Shown one piece after another: positions 9,958 through 18,439 of a DNA stretch of 64,000 bases (the first letter of the stretch is position 1; every line of letters starts with the position of its first letter). The translations under genes were made by a program, and so were the position numbers. The notes under the pieces are model-generated. The model was not told where the DNA came from. It searched no databases and saw only the letters and a list, made by a program, of their open reading frames with translations. The DNA is from Patescibacteria group bacterium (GTDB taxonomy: Bacteria; Patescibacteriota; Minisyncoccia; Phycocordibacterales; UBA9973): positions 5,400 to 69,399 of the forward strand of contig JAZKBO010000004.1 in assembly GCA_040388575.1 (NCBI GenBank), given 5' to 3'.

Positions 9958-10425
9958 TTATTTTTTAATTGCTAGTTTAGCTTTTTCCACTAATTCTGAC
10001 GAGCTGCGCACTTTGCCGCCCTCACCGATGTTAAAAACCATTTCTATGCCTAAACGCTTGCAAAGTTTATACTCTGGTATATTGTCATGCTTTCTATCTC
10101 CACCGTTAGCAAAAATATCCGGCATAACAATTTCAAGCTCTCGGCAAATTGATATATCCTTGGTGTTTATCTCATGGGTTGTAATTAAAACTTCATCTAC
10201 TGATTCGAAGGATTCGATAATTTCCTTGCGGTCGCCCTCCGGCATAAAGGCAAAGCCTTTCTTGAAGCGTAGCCAATGGTCATTATTTAGAATTACCACC
10301 AGCCTATCCCCTAATCTTTTAGCCTCTTTAAACATCCTCACATGGCCTATGTGCACTGGATCAAAGCCACCGCTCACAGCAACTGTTTTATGTGCCTTTG
10401 TTTTTTGTTTATTTTTTGCCGTCAT
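9958..10425 (-). CDS. cytidylyltransferase-fold nucleotidyltransferase (HldE domain II / RfaE2-like sugar-1-phosphate nucleotidyltransferase)
   Basis: VAVSGGFDPVHIGHVRMFKEAKRLGDRLVVILNNDHWL carries the (H/T)xGH motif and the GDRLIV box of RfaE-II/TagD-like enzymes. The ORF is open to 10449. Confidence 0.6.
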   Translation of the reverse strand: MTAKNKQKTKAHKTVAVSGGFDPVHIGHVRMFKEAKRLGDRLVVILNNDHWLRFKKGFAFMPEGDRKEIIESFESVDEVLITTHEINTKDISICRELEIVMPDIFANGGDRKHDNIPEYKLCKRLGIEMVFNIGEGGKVRSSSELVEKAKLAIKK

Positions 10426-10468
10426 GTAATCTTGCCTTAAGTATATCAATTTGTGCTAAAATTGTCAT

Positions 10469-11146
10469 ATGTCAAAAAAGCTAATTTACTTTGTCCGCCA
10501 TGGTGAAACCGAGCTTAATGCTAAGGGTATTAAGCAGGGTGTAGAGGGTGCCTTAAGCGCTAGGGGCAGGGCTCAGGCAGCAGATACGGCCCAAAAGTTT
10601 CCCCGGCATCAAGGTAGCCCACAAATAATAATTTCGAGCCCTTATCCGAGGACCAGAGAAACATCTGAAATAATCGCAAATCAACTGAAGCTCAATATTG
10701 AGTACACTGATCTTTTAGCAGAAAGAAGAAATCCTTCAGAGGTAATTGGCCGCTCTACTAAAGACAGAGAGGTAGAGGCCATTGTAGACCGGATTGAAAA
10801 AAGCTTTCATGATGACAACTTTCGATATTCAGATGAGGAGAATTTCGTAGATTTAAGAGATAGAGCAAAAAAATTACTGCAGCTCATTAAATCAAGACCA
10901 GAGAGTAGGATAATTATGGTTACTCATCGAGCATTCTTGAAAATGATCCTGGCATACATGTTCCTAGACGAAACTCTTGATGCTAAAATTTTTAATAAAG
11001 TAAGTTATTTTAACCCCATAGATAATGCCGGGCTGACAATAGTGCAATACACTCCGCATTGGTTTAAAAAAGACGAATGGAAGCTAATTGCTCAAAATAG
11101 CAACCTTATCGAGGAGCCACCAAAAACTCAATTTATTTTAGAGTAA
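10469..11146 (+). CDS. histidine phosphatase superfamily protein (phosphoglycerate mutase-like)
   Basis: LIYFVRHGETELNAKG (RHG motif) and VTHRAFLKMI (the second His). Confidence 0.7.
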   Translation: MSKKLIYFVRHGETELNAKGIKQGVEGALSARGRAQAADTAQKFPRHQGSPQIIISSPYPRTRETSEIIANQLKLNIEYTDLLAERRNPSEVIGRSTKDREVEAIVDRIEKSFHDDNFRYSDEENFVDLRDRAKKLLQLIKSRPESRIIMVTHRAFLKMILAYMFLDETLDAKIFNKVSYFNPIDNAGLTIVQYTPHWFKKDEWKLIAQNSNLIEEPPKTQFILE

Positions 11147-11876
11147 AAGCAGCCTTCACGGTGATCATGATAGTCTTGTTAACTTTGGATGTATCGTAGC
11201 TGCCATAGTCAGAAACATTTAAAGAATTTTCGGAAAGCACTTGAACTACTCCGGAAGATGCTGATTTTAATTGGCCAACTTTTTTACCAGTGGATTCCGC
11301 CAGCATTGAGGCTCGTGCTTTAGCATCTGCCATAGCATCTTTAAGGAGTGCGATACGCTCGTCCGCGAGCTTGGTGTAAGTGTATTCTAGAGACTGGGTA
11401 GAAAATACTACTCCTTTATCAATTAGGGGGCTGGTGTGTTTAGACAAATTGGTTATAGCATCGACATTGACTGAATTTATTTCAATTGTTTGCTTTAAAT
11501 TGTATGATTTGTCATTCGCACTTACATTTTGCTGATTCAAATCCCAATCAGGCTCCATTGTAACTGGGGAGATGTCTATCTCGGCGTCCGTAATACCATT
11601 ACTTTTTAGAAATTCTTGTACGATAGTAAGGTCGCTAGCTAAGGCAGCGTAGCCGGTTTTTAGAGTAGGCACCTTGGTAGTCCTGGTAATAACTCCTACC
11701 CATTTGACGTGGTCAGAAGTCACGTTCTTTGTAGCGCTACCAGTAACTGAGAGAGAATTTTCAAAACCTCTAGCCTGGTAAAATACATAGGCGCCGATGG
11801 ATGCAGCAATGATGATACATAGACCTAAAACTACTTTGGTGTTTAACCACGCCATCAATTTTTCATTATTGTTCAT
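11133..11876 (-). CDS. SIMPL domain (DUF541) periplasmic protein
   Basis: N-terminal TM anchor. Length and composition resemble BP26/SIMPL. Its end overlaps 10469..11146 by 14 nt convergently. Confidence 0.5.
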   Translation of the reverse strand: MNNNEKLMAWLNTKVVLGLCIIIAASIGAYVFYQARGFENSLSVTGSATKNVTSDHVKWVGVITRTTKVPTLKTGYAALASDLTIVQEFLKSNGITDAEIDISPVTMEPDWDLNQQNVSANDKSYNLKQTIEINSVNVDAITNLSKHTSPLIDKGVVFSTQSLEYTYTKLADERIALLKDAMADAKARASMLAESTGKKVGQLKSASSGVVQVLSENSLNVSDYGSYDTSKVNKTIMITVKAAFTLK

Positions 11877-11887
11877 ATTAGTTGTAT

Positions 11888-12325
11888 TTAATGTGCCTTT
11901 AACTTATTTTCTAATTCTTTTATTTTACCCTCTATCCCTTCCAGCGCTTCTTGAATTTCAGAAATAGCGCTGACCTCATTTTCAACTTCCCCTTCCGTTT
12001 TTTGACTTAGCCTCTTTTCACCACGGAGTCCGGATAGGATAAGCTCGTTACCGATAAAGCTAGAGATAAAGGCACCCGTGAAATATAAAATAAAAACACC
12101 AATAACGAATGACGCCGGCCCGTCCCACCAAGGCGAGGTAAAAGCATCGGTAGTTGAGCAGCCTGCATAGCCTATAAAAAAGCAGGAGTGGATTTGATCC
12201 GCAGTGTGCCAAATTCCGCGCCAGAAAAGCACTACCCCTACTCCCACAACGAAAGCATACAGCTTCGGCCGATGGCTCAAAAAAGCTGTGATATGTTGTT
12301 CTAATTTAGAAACTCCGCTTCGCAT
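11888..12325 (-). CDS. hypothetical membrane protein with C-terminal coiled coil
   Basis: Three predicted TM helices, then EVENEVSAISEIQEALEGIEGKIKELENKLKAH. Confidence 0.4.
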   Translation of the reverse strand: MRSGVSKLEQHITAFLSHRPKLYAFVVGVGVVLFWRGIWHTADQIHSCFFIGYAGCSTTDAFTSPWWDGPASFVIGVFILYFTGAFISSFIGNELILSGLRGEKRLSQKTEGEVENEVSAISEIQEALEGIEGKIKELENKLKAH

Positions 12326-12345
12326 GGCTTAAATATAACATAGTC

Positions 12346-13500
12346 TTAAAAATTACGATAATATGCATTTGCCGTATCGGTGCAAATACGCTCTCCCTCT
12401 CCGGTAAGGACGCTACAGAATTCTAGAGCTTGTTTGTCGGAATGATAGTAGGAAATTATTTCCTTCACCGCACCGATAACGCAATTATTGAAATCGTTCG
12501 GGTCTTTAGCAATAGAACATAATTCCTTCGTGCGCATTTTTTCATGCATGGCTTGATTGGCCACATCGCGCCCCATGCTTTGGTTACATATATCGCGATA
12601 CGGCGCTTCCACTGTAGTGCATAAAGCAAAAACTTTTTTATAATCATAGCCTGTCACTTGCAATGCATAGGATGTCTGGCCCAGGTAACATTGGCCTTTA
12701 TATTTGGTGTCCACCGCAGTACAAGGGTAAAGGGGTTCCTTTGGTTTTAAATCTTTCACTATATTATCCGTATCGGCCACATTGGTGCTATCAATAATAT
12801 TTTGCATAAATACTCCACCGTAACAGGACTCCTCTTCCCAATTGCCAGACAGGTTGTCACACATTTTTAATGAATCGAAAACATCATCCTCTAGGAGCGC
12901 CATTACTCCGTGGCCAAGCCCGTGCACGCAATTAAAATAATCGAAGGTGTAATTGGCTTTACCTGGAATGTCCGCGCAGATGTTATTTAACTCTTTGGGT
13001 AAATTCGATAGGCCAATTTTTGCTACCATACCCTCCATCACGCCGTGGAAGTAGCCGCTCCAGCAATATGAGTCCCCATTCGCAAAAGCCTCCGAGATGG
13101 TTTTATAATTCCCCACCGCTGCGCGGCCTATCACATGCATAAGCGGATGGCATTGCGACAGAACGCTGGGGTTTTCAGCAGCACGCTTCTTCATGTCCGC
13201 AGTAGCTAAAGTAACTCCAGAAGTTTTTACTAAATTTTTATAATACTCAGAAAAGCAGTTATAGGTAAATGGTGCACCAGCGCAAACTTTGGAATCATAA
13301 TTCGATAAATCAATGTTCTTATCTGCTACCACGCCTTCTGGGTTGACTGCACTATTTAATACTTGGCTATCAGGCTGGAAAACTATTCGGTCGGAATTTC
13401 CACTCTTTCCGGAAGTTTTATAGTATCTAAAAAAACCAAAACTGGCCCCCGCAACCAGGAGTACAATAATTCCCATTTTAAGACCGGGGCTAAATTTCAT
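12346..13500 (-). CDS. secreted/membrane-anchored cysteine-rich hypothetical protein
   Basis: N-terminal TM/signal segment, more than 20 Cys, and His-containing motifs HPLMHVIGRAA and HGLGHGVM. Confidence 0.45.
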   Translation of the reverse strand: MKFSPGLKMGIIVLLVAGASFGFFRYYKTSGKSGNSDRIVFQPDSQVLNSAVNPEGVVADKNIDLSNYDSKVCAGAPFTYNCFSEYYKNLVKTSGVTLATADMKKRAAENPSVLSQCHPLMHVIGRAAVGNYKTISEAFANGDSYCWSGYFHGVMEGMVAKIGLSNLPKELNNICADIPGKANYTFDYFNCVHGLGHGVMALLEDDVFDSLKMCDNLSGNWEEESCYGGVFMQNIIDSTNVADTDNIVKDLKPKEPLYPCTAVDTKYKGQCYLGQTSYALQVTGYDYKKVFALCTTVEAPYRDICNQSMGRDVANQAMHEKMRTKELCSIAKDPNDFNNCVIGAVKEIISYYHSDKQALEFCSVLTGEGERICTDTANAYYRNF

Positions 13501-13514
13501 AAATTAAGTATACA

Positions 13515-14201
13515 TTACGTAGAGCTTTTTTCAATTATATCTTCCAGCTCGGCTGCAGCCTTTTTAATATATTTTTCTTGTAACTGATTTATTTTTTCTT
13601 TCATGAGTTCAAATTTTTCTGGATCCTGATCTTTCAAATTATTTATATCTTTATAAATCAAGTCGTGTTCAATCTCCGCCCAAGCATGATGGAGTATTGA
13701 AGTAAGTTGAATTTCACTTTTTAATCCACGTAGATGCTTGTACTCGCTTAATTTGAGGCGCTTAGGTCCGAAAGACATCACTATGTGAGTGGCACGGTAA
13801 CCATTTTGCTTATTCCTCTCCTCTACTTTCATAAACCCACCAATTTCATTTTTGATTCTTTTAGTAAATCTATCTTTATCTCTTTCCGTGTAGAAAATTA
13901 TTCTTATACCAACCAGGTCCTCAACTTCCTCGACAGAGTGATACAAAATACCCTCCCTTTTTTTACGTAGGAGCTTCTCCTCCAGCCTCTCTGGGGTTTT
14001 GGTCCTCGAAACAATTTGGTACTTGTAGCCCTCTTCTTCTAGCAACGCCTCCAGGGCTTTATGTGCAGCTACCCTGAAATCTTCATAATTTGGGCGCTTG
14101 TTTTTGTATTCCGTTAATATGTCGCCAATATAACTCTGCTCACCTTTATGCCTTTTAGGATTCAAAAAAGCTATGATTTTATCCATCAACTGCGCATTCA
14201 T
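13515..14201 (-). CDS. RelA/SpoT-domain small alarmone synthetase ((p)ppGpp/(p)ppApp synthetase-like)
   Basis: DLVGIRIIFY, GYRATHIVM and EIQLTSILHHAWAEIEHD are the synthetase-domain motifs of RelA/SpoT nucleotidyltransferases. The protein is single-domain with no hydrolase or TGS domain. Confidence 0.7.
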   Translation of the reverse strand: MNAQLMDKIIAFLNPKRHKGEQSYIGDILTEYKNKRPNYEDFRVAAHKALEALLEEEGYKYQIVSRTKTPERLEEKLLRKKREGILYHSVEEVEDLVGIRIIFYTERDKDRFTKRIKNEIGGFMKVEERNKQNGYRATHIVMSFGPKRLKLSEYKHLRGLKSEIQLTSILHHAWAEIEHDLIYKDINNLKDQDPEKFELMKEKINQLQEKYIKKAAAELEDIIEKSST

Positions 14202-14228
14202 AACTTAATTATACCAGACGATGGTATT

Positions 14229-14717
14229 TTATTTCACTGAAGCTTTAGAACCCCTTGAGAGATAGATTGCGCCAAACGCTGCCACACCTGCTGAAGCTAG
14301 CAAAAGGATTATATTCATGGACGCATTGCCTCCAGCCCCGGTGGTAGGTAACCCTGGATTACTAGTACCTAATACTACTGGTGTTACTCTCGCTGTACCA
14401 TTACAAGGCGACCCATCAATAGAGCTAAAGCCTACAGTTGAGGTACAACCGGCCAACCATTGTATTGCAACGCTTCCACCACTGCATGGCTCGCCTGTGG
14501 TAGCGCTATAGCCAAGAGCCGAACTACTACAACCGGGCATATATCTATTTGTAGCGGTATTGGTGCCATTACAAGGATTTCCTGTGGTAGCGCTGTATCC
14601 TAGCCCAGAAGCACAGCCAGAAGGAAATGAGGCTGTTTGAGCTTGCGCCACGCCTGTGGTTACCCCTACAACTATGAACATAACTATTAGAACTGAAAAT
14701 GCGAGTTTTTTGGTCAT
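14229..14717 (-). CDS. LPXTG-anchored surface protein with three Cys-pair repeats
   Basis: Signal peptide MTKKLAFSVLIVMFIVVGVTTGVAQA. Three repeats of GCxSxxG(Y/F)Sxx(T/D)GxPC(N/S)G. The C-terminus is LPTTG plus a hydrophobic stretch plus RGSKASVK, a classic sortase sorting signal. Confidence 0.65.
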   Translation of the reverse strand: MTKKLAFSVLIVMFIVVGVTTGVAQAQTASFPSGCASGLGYSATTGNPCNGTNTATNRYMPGCSSSALGYSATTGEPCSGGSVAIQWLAGCTSTVGFSSIDGSPCNGTARVTPVVLGTSNPGLPTTGAGGNASMNIILLLASAGVAAFGAIYLSRGSKASVK

Positions 14718-14807
14718 AAATTAATGATTAATCTTATAATATAAAGACAGCAAACGACCCCGTTATATTTGACGGTGGGCCGCGCTTAATATTACATTGT
14801 TGGCCTG

Positions 14808-14972
14808 CTAGTTGCTGAGCTTATAGCCGAGCCATATCCCAGCTATCCCGCCTACTGCAGATAAAATAACAGAAGACATGGATAGGAAGCCGGCCCCCCA
14901 TAATGTAGGAATATAACTCCCCAAGGTGGAACCTATGCCCATAAAAAGCCAAATTAATGATTTTGAATTCAT
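14808..14972 (-). CDS. GlsB/YeaQ/YmgE-family small membrane protein (54 aa; below the ORF-track length cutoff)
   Basis: MNSKSLIWLFMGIGSTLGSYIPTLWGAGFLSMSSVILSAVGGIAGIWLGYKLSN. Its ATG overlaps the TGA of the upstream ABC ATPase gene as ATGA. The Gly-zipper TM pattern matches YeaQ-like proteins. Confidence 0.5.
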   Translation of the reverse strand: MNSKSLIWLFMGIGSTLGSYIPTLWGAGFLSMSSVILSAVGGIAGIWLGYKLSN

Positions 14973-15721
14973 AAATCTTTTTTAAATTTTGATAATACTT
15001 CATCTTCAAGTGCAAAAAATGGCGCGCTGCGTGCATCGCGCGGGCGAGGTAATTCATTTTTTACAATTTCCAAAATTGTCCCCGGTCGATCAGAAAATAC
15101 TGCGATACGATCCGCCAGCTCTACCGCCTCATCAATGTAATGCGAGACCATCACTATGGTTGCTCCGCGCAGCTGCCACAAATCTAGCAAGGCCTTACGC
15201 AAGGACTCCGCGGTAAAGAAATCGAGTTCTGAAAAAGGTTCATCAAGGAAAATAATATCCGGCTCGGTAACAAAGGCTCGAGCCAGCCCAACTCTCTGCT
15301 TCATGCCACCTGAAAGCTCGAAAGGGCGATGTTTGGCAAATTGCTTCAAGCCGAAATGCTCTAGAATTTTTTCCACTTTTTGTTTTCGCATGGAGACAGG
15401 TATATTCCTACCGATAAGCCCAAGCTCCACATTTTCTTCAACTGTAAGCCAGGAAAGAAGTCCGAAGTCCTGGAAAACAAATCCAACTTTATCTAGATTA
15501 AATTTTTCATGGAAAATTATTTCCCCATGGCTTTTTTCTTCAAGGCCTGTGATGAGCCGAAGTAATGTGGATTTACCGCACCCGGATGGCCCGAGGAGTA
15601 CTACAAACTCCCCCTTATGTATTGTCAGGTTAACGTCATTTAAAATGTGTAGGGCTCTTCTACCTTCTTTCCTAGGAAATATTTTGGTCAGGTTTTTAAT
15701 TGTAATAAAGGGTGTAGGCAT
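14969..15721 (-). CDS. ABC transporter ATP-binding protein (NitT/TauT - nitrate/sulfonate/bicarbonate family)
   Basis: Walker A GPSGCGKST, signature LSGGMKQRVGLARA, Walker B IIFLDEPFSELD. Confidence 0.8.
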   Translation of the reverse strand: MPTPFITIKNLTKIFPRKEGRRALHILNDVNLTIHKGEFVVLLGPSGCGKSTLLRLITGLEEKSHGEIIFHEKFNLDKVGFVFQDFGLLSWLTVEENVELGLIGRNIPVSMRKQKVEKILEHFGLKQFAKHRPFELSGGMKQRVGLARAFVTEPDIIFLDEPFSELDFFTAESLRKALLDLWQLRGATIVMVSHYIDEAVELADRIAVFSDRPGTILEIVKNELPRPRDARSAPFFALEDEVLSKFKKDL

Positions 15722-15726
15722 GGTTC

Positions 15727-16449
15727 TTATTCTTCAATAAGTTCGTGACTCCTTTCAAGTAATGGTAGCCAGATAAATTTATTCACTGCGTAAATTATAG
15801 TGAGGAATATCAGCACGCCGAAAAGTGTCATGGATGAGCTACCAGAAAAACTTTGGAAAAAGGCACCCAGCCCATGCGGAGTATTCAATATAATTTCCGT
15901 ACCAATTATTGCTTCCCAGCCCTCGCCTAGCCCAATAATAGCTCCAGTAATAATGCCCGGAAAAGTTAGTGGTAAAAGGTAGTATCTAATGTAATCGAGG
16001 CCATGAATCCGAGAAACTATGACTGCCTCCTCCCTGCTTTTGTTTACTTGCTTTAGCGCAGAAACGATCGAAAAAATGATTGGCCAAATAACTGTAATAA
16101 TAAGTAGGAAAATTATCGTCCAAGTCGAAGGACCCCATAAATGTACGGCTACGGGTAGCAGCGCGAAGGTTGGTACACTCTGCAGGACATCCAGGGCTGC
16201 TAGCGTTGGGGTGCTGGTTTTACCTCGCACAAAGCACACTACTAGGAGCCAGGCCAAAATCATTGAGATAATAAAAGCCACGAAGAGCCGACCAGCTGAA
16301 ACTCCGAGGTCATATAGGACAGTCGACAGATCGATACCACTAACCAGAGAGAAGGCAAAGAGGCCAATGAGCGGGATAAGAATTATCGAAAAACCGGCAA
16401 CGAGATGCTTGACGGAGCGATTGAGAGGAAAATGATGATAAGCACGCAT
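15727..16449 (-). CDS. ABC transporter permease (SsuC/TauC/NrtB-like)
   Basis: Six TM helices and an EAA-like loop. Adjacent to the ATPase. No substrate-binding protein lies nearby. Confidence 0.7.
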   Translation of the reverse strand: MRAYHHFPLNRSVKHLVAGFSIILIPLIGLFAFSLVSGIDLSTVLYDLGVSAGRLFVAFIISMILAWLLVVCFVRGKTSTPTLAALDVLQSVPTFALLPVAVHLWGPSTWTIIFLLIITVIWPIIFSIVSALKQVNKSREEAVIVSRIHGLDYIRYYLLPLTFPGIITGAIIGLGEGWEAIIGTEIILNTPHGLGAFFQSFSGSSSMTLFGVLIFLTIIYAVNKFIWLPLLERSHELIEE

Positions 16450-16482
16450 ATACTCACAATATTATACCAGGATTGGAGTTTT

Positions 16483-18231
16483 CTATCTACCTGTTCTCTC
16501 CCCTATTTGCTGGCGCCACATTGCAAAATACAATCCTTTCTTATCGAGTAGTTCTTGATGTGGCCCGGACTCAGTGATTAATCCTTTTTCTAAGACATAT
16601 ATTCGGTCCGCGTGCATTATGGTAGAAAGTCGGTGCGCGATCAATATGGTTATATGGGAATCTTCTTTCGAAATACTTCTGATAGTCTTACTTATCTCTT
16701 CTTCAGTTAGCGAATCTAGTGAGGAAGTTGCTTCATCGAAAATCAAGATGGAAGGTTTACGAAGTAATGCCCGAGCGATAGAGAGGCGCTGTTTCTCGCC
16801 ACCAGAAACCTTAACTCCACCCTCGCCAATAACAGTATCGATACCTTTATCTGCTCTCTCTAGAAGAGAGTTGGCAGCACTTTTTTGAAGTGCATCTAAA
16901 CATTCCGCTTCAGTGGCATTCGGATTTACGAAAAGTAAATTCTCCCTGATGGATCCGGCAAAAAGCTGGGTATCCTGAGTAACAAATCCAAACTGGGTGC
17001 GTAATTTATTTAAATTCAAATCTTTATTATTAATACCATTGTATTCTACTGCTCCCCCCTTCGGTTCATACAAGCCAACCAGAAGCTTCACTAAGCTTGT
17101 CTTGCCTGCACCAGATGGACCGACAAAAGCGATAGTCTCCCCCGAGCGTACTTGGAAGGAAATATTTTGCAGGGCCTCCTTAGTAGCACTAGCATACCCG
17201 AAGGTAACGTCATTAAAGGTAAGTGAAGTTATTTTACCTATTTCTTTAGCATTCGTAGGCACTGGCTCTACGGGCGTATCCATAATGGCTTTAAATTTTA
17301 CAAGCGCCACCTGGGCATCACGGAAATTATTAATAACTGTACCCAAGTCCTGCAGCGGGCCAAAAATAAAAAAGGAGTAAATGTAGAGCGAGAAAAATTC
17401 ACCGAAGGTGACTGTGCGAATAAAAACCAAGTATAGAAGAAATGCCAATATACTGGTGCGCAGGAAATTAATAAGTGTCCCCTGCACAAACGCAATACTA
17501 CGGATATAGCGCAATTTCTTCAGCTCGAGTTTAAGAATTTTATTGGTAGTGGTATTTAAACGCAAAATTTCCTGATCCACTAAGCCCAGACTTTTCACTA
17601 ATTCAATATTGCGCAAAGACTCCGTAGTGGAGCCAGCGAGCGCAGTGGTTTCCGCTAAAATTATTTTCTGAATTTTTTTAACCTTTGCAGTAAGTATGTA
17701 GCTTATACTGCCGATTACGGGTATGGTCAGGGCAAAAACGAGCGCTACTCCCCAATATATCCGAATGGCATAGATGGCAACGAAGATGAAACCGATTAAA
17801 GAAATGAAAAGTATATTAATGAAGGAAGTTATGAATACTTCGCTAGTAGTACGAACGTTTTGCAAAATTCCTAATGTCTCGCCGCTGCGCTGATCCTCAA
17901 AAACAGCATATGGTAAAGCCAAGGAATGCTCGATACCATCATTGTAAATTTTAGCCCCTAACCTCTGGGTGACCGTATTTAGATAATAATCTTGAAAATT
18001 CTTCGCCACTCTAGAAACAAAAGCTACCCCCACCGCCAATGCTAAAAGATATGAGATGCCTCCTAGAAACTGCCTTAATGTGTAGGAGTCGAACTTTGTG
18101 GCATAGTCATCAATAACATGACGGAAAATTAGTGGATCCAATAAGGAAAAGATTTGATTAATTGCCGCCAGAAAAAGCGTCAAGACGCACAGACCCCAAT
18201 ATTTTCTTAAATAATGATAAAAAATCCTCAT
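16483..18231 (-). CDS. ABC exporter, fused permease-ATPase (MsbA/multidrug-like)
   Basis: N-terminal 6-TM domain and a C-terminal NBD carrying GPSGAGKTS, LSGGEKQRLSIARA and ILIFDEATSSLD. Confidence 0.8.
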   Translation of the reverse strand: MRIFYHYLRKYWGLCVLTLFLAAINQIFSLLDPLIFRHVIDDYATKFDSYTLRQFLGGISYLLALAVGVAFVSRVAKNFQDYYLNTVTQRLGAKIYNDGIEHSLALPYAVFEDQRSGETLGILQNVRTTSEVFITSFINILFISLIGFIFVAIYAIRIYWGVALVFALTIPVIGSISYILTAKVKKIQKIILAETTALAGSTTESLRNIELVKSLGLVDQEILRLNTTTNKILKLELKKLRYIRSIAFVQGTLINFLRTSILAFLLYLVFIRTVTFGEFFSLYIYSFFIFGPLQDLGTVINNFRDAQVALVKFKAIMDTPVEPVPTNAKEIGKITSLTFNDVTFGYASATKEALQNISFQVRSGETIAFVGPSGAGKTSLVKLLVGLYEPKGGAVEYNGINNKDLNLNKLRTQFGFVTQDTQLFAGSIRENLLFVNPNATEAECLDALQKSAANSLLERADKGIDTVIGEGGVKVSGGEKQRLSIARALLRKPSILIFDEATSSLDSLTEEEISKTIRSISKEDSHITILIAHRLSTIMHADRIYVLEKGLITESGPHQELLDKKGLYFAMWRQQIGERTGR

Positions 18232-18276
18232 AAGTATTTATGTTAGCATGAATGAAACCTATTGAGAAATTCTCAA

Positions 18277-18402
18277 TTATCGGCTCTTGCGGCGAGCTTT
18301 AATAGAGTTAAGTAACGCGTGTTTGATAGCCAAGCGCTTCTTGGTCTTGTGTGAACGGCGGGACTTCTTCTTAGGGCTCAATGTTGTTCCTCTTTTTGCC
18401 AT
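18277..18402 (-). CDS. 41-aa highly basic peptide, possible divergent ribosomal protein bL34
   Basis: MAKRGTTLSPKKKSRRSHKTKKRLAIKHALLNSIKARRKSR. A KR-T..PS-K-K-R-SH pattern weakly recalls bL34 (MKRTFQPS.LKRKRTHGFR...). It is not bL32, which is found at 56801..57025. Confidence 0.3.
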   Translation of the reverse strand: MAKRGTTLSPKKKSRRSHKTKKRLAIKHALLNSIKARRKSR

Positions 18403-18439
18403 GGGATTACTATACCAAATTTTGAATTTTTAAACAATC

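Noticed and set aside
18277-18402. 41-aa basic peptide as ribosomal protein bL32.
   Set aside because: A canonical bL32 with RRSH and a CxxC...CxxC ribbon is present at 56801..57025. The peptide lacks the Cys ribbon.
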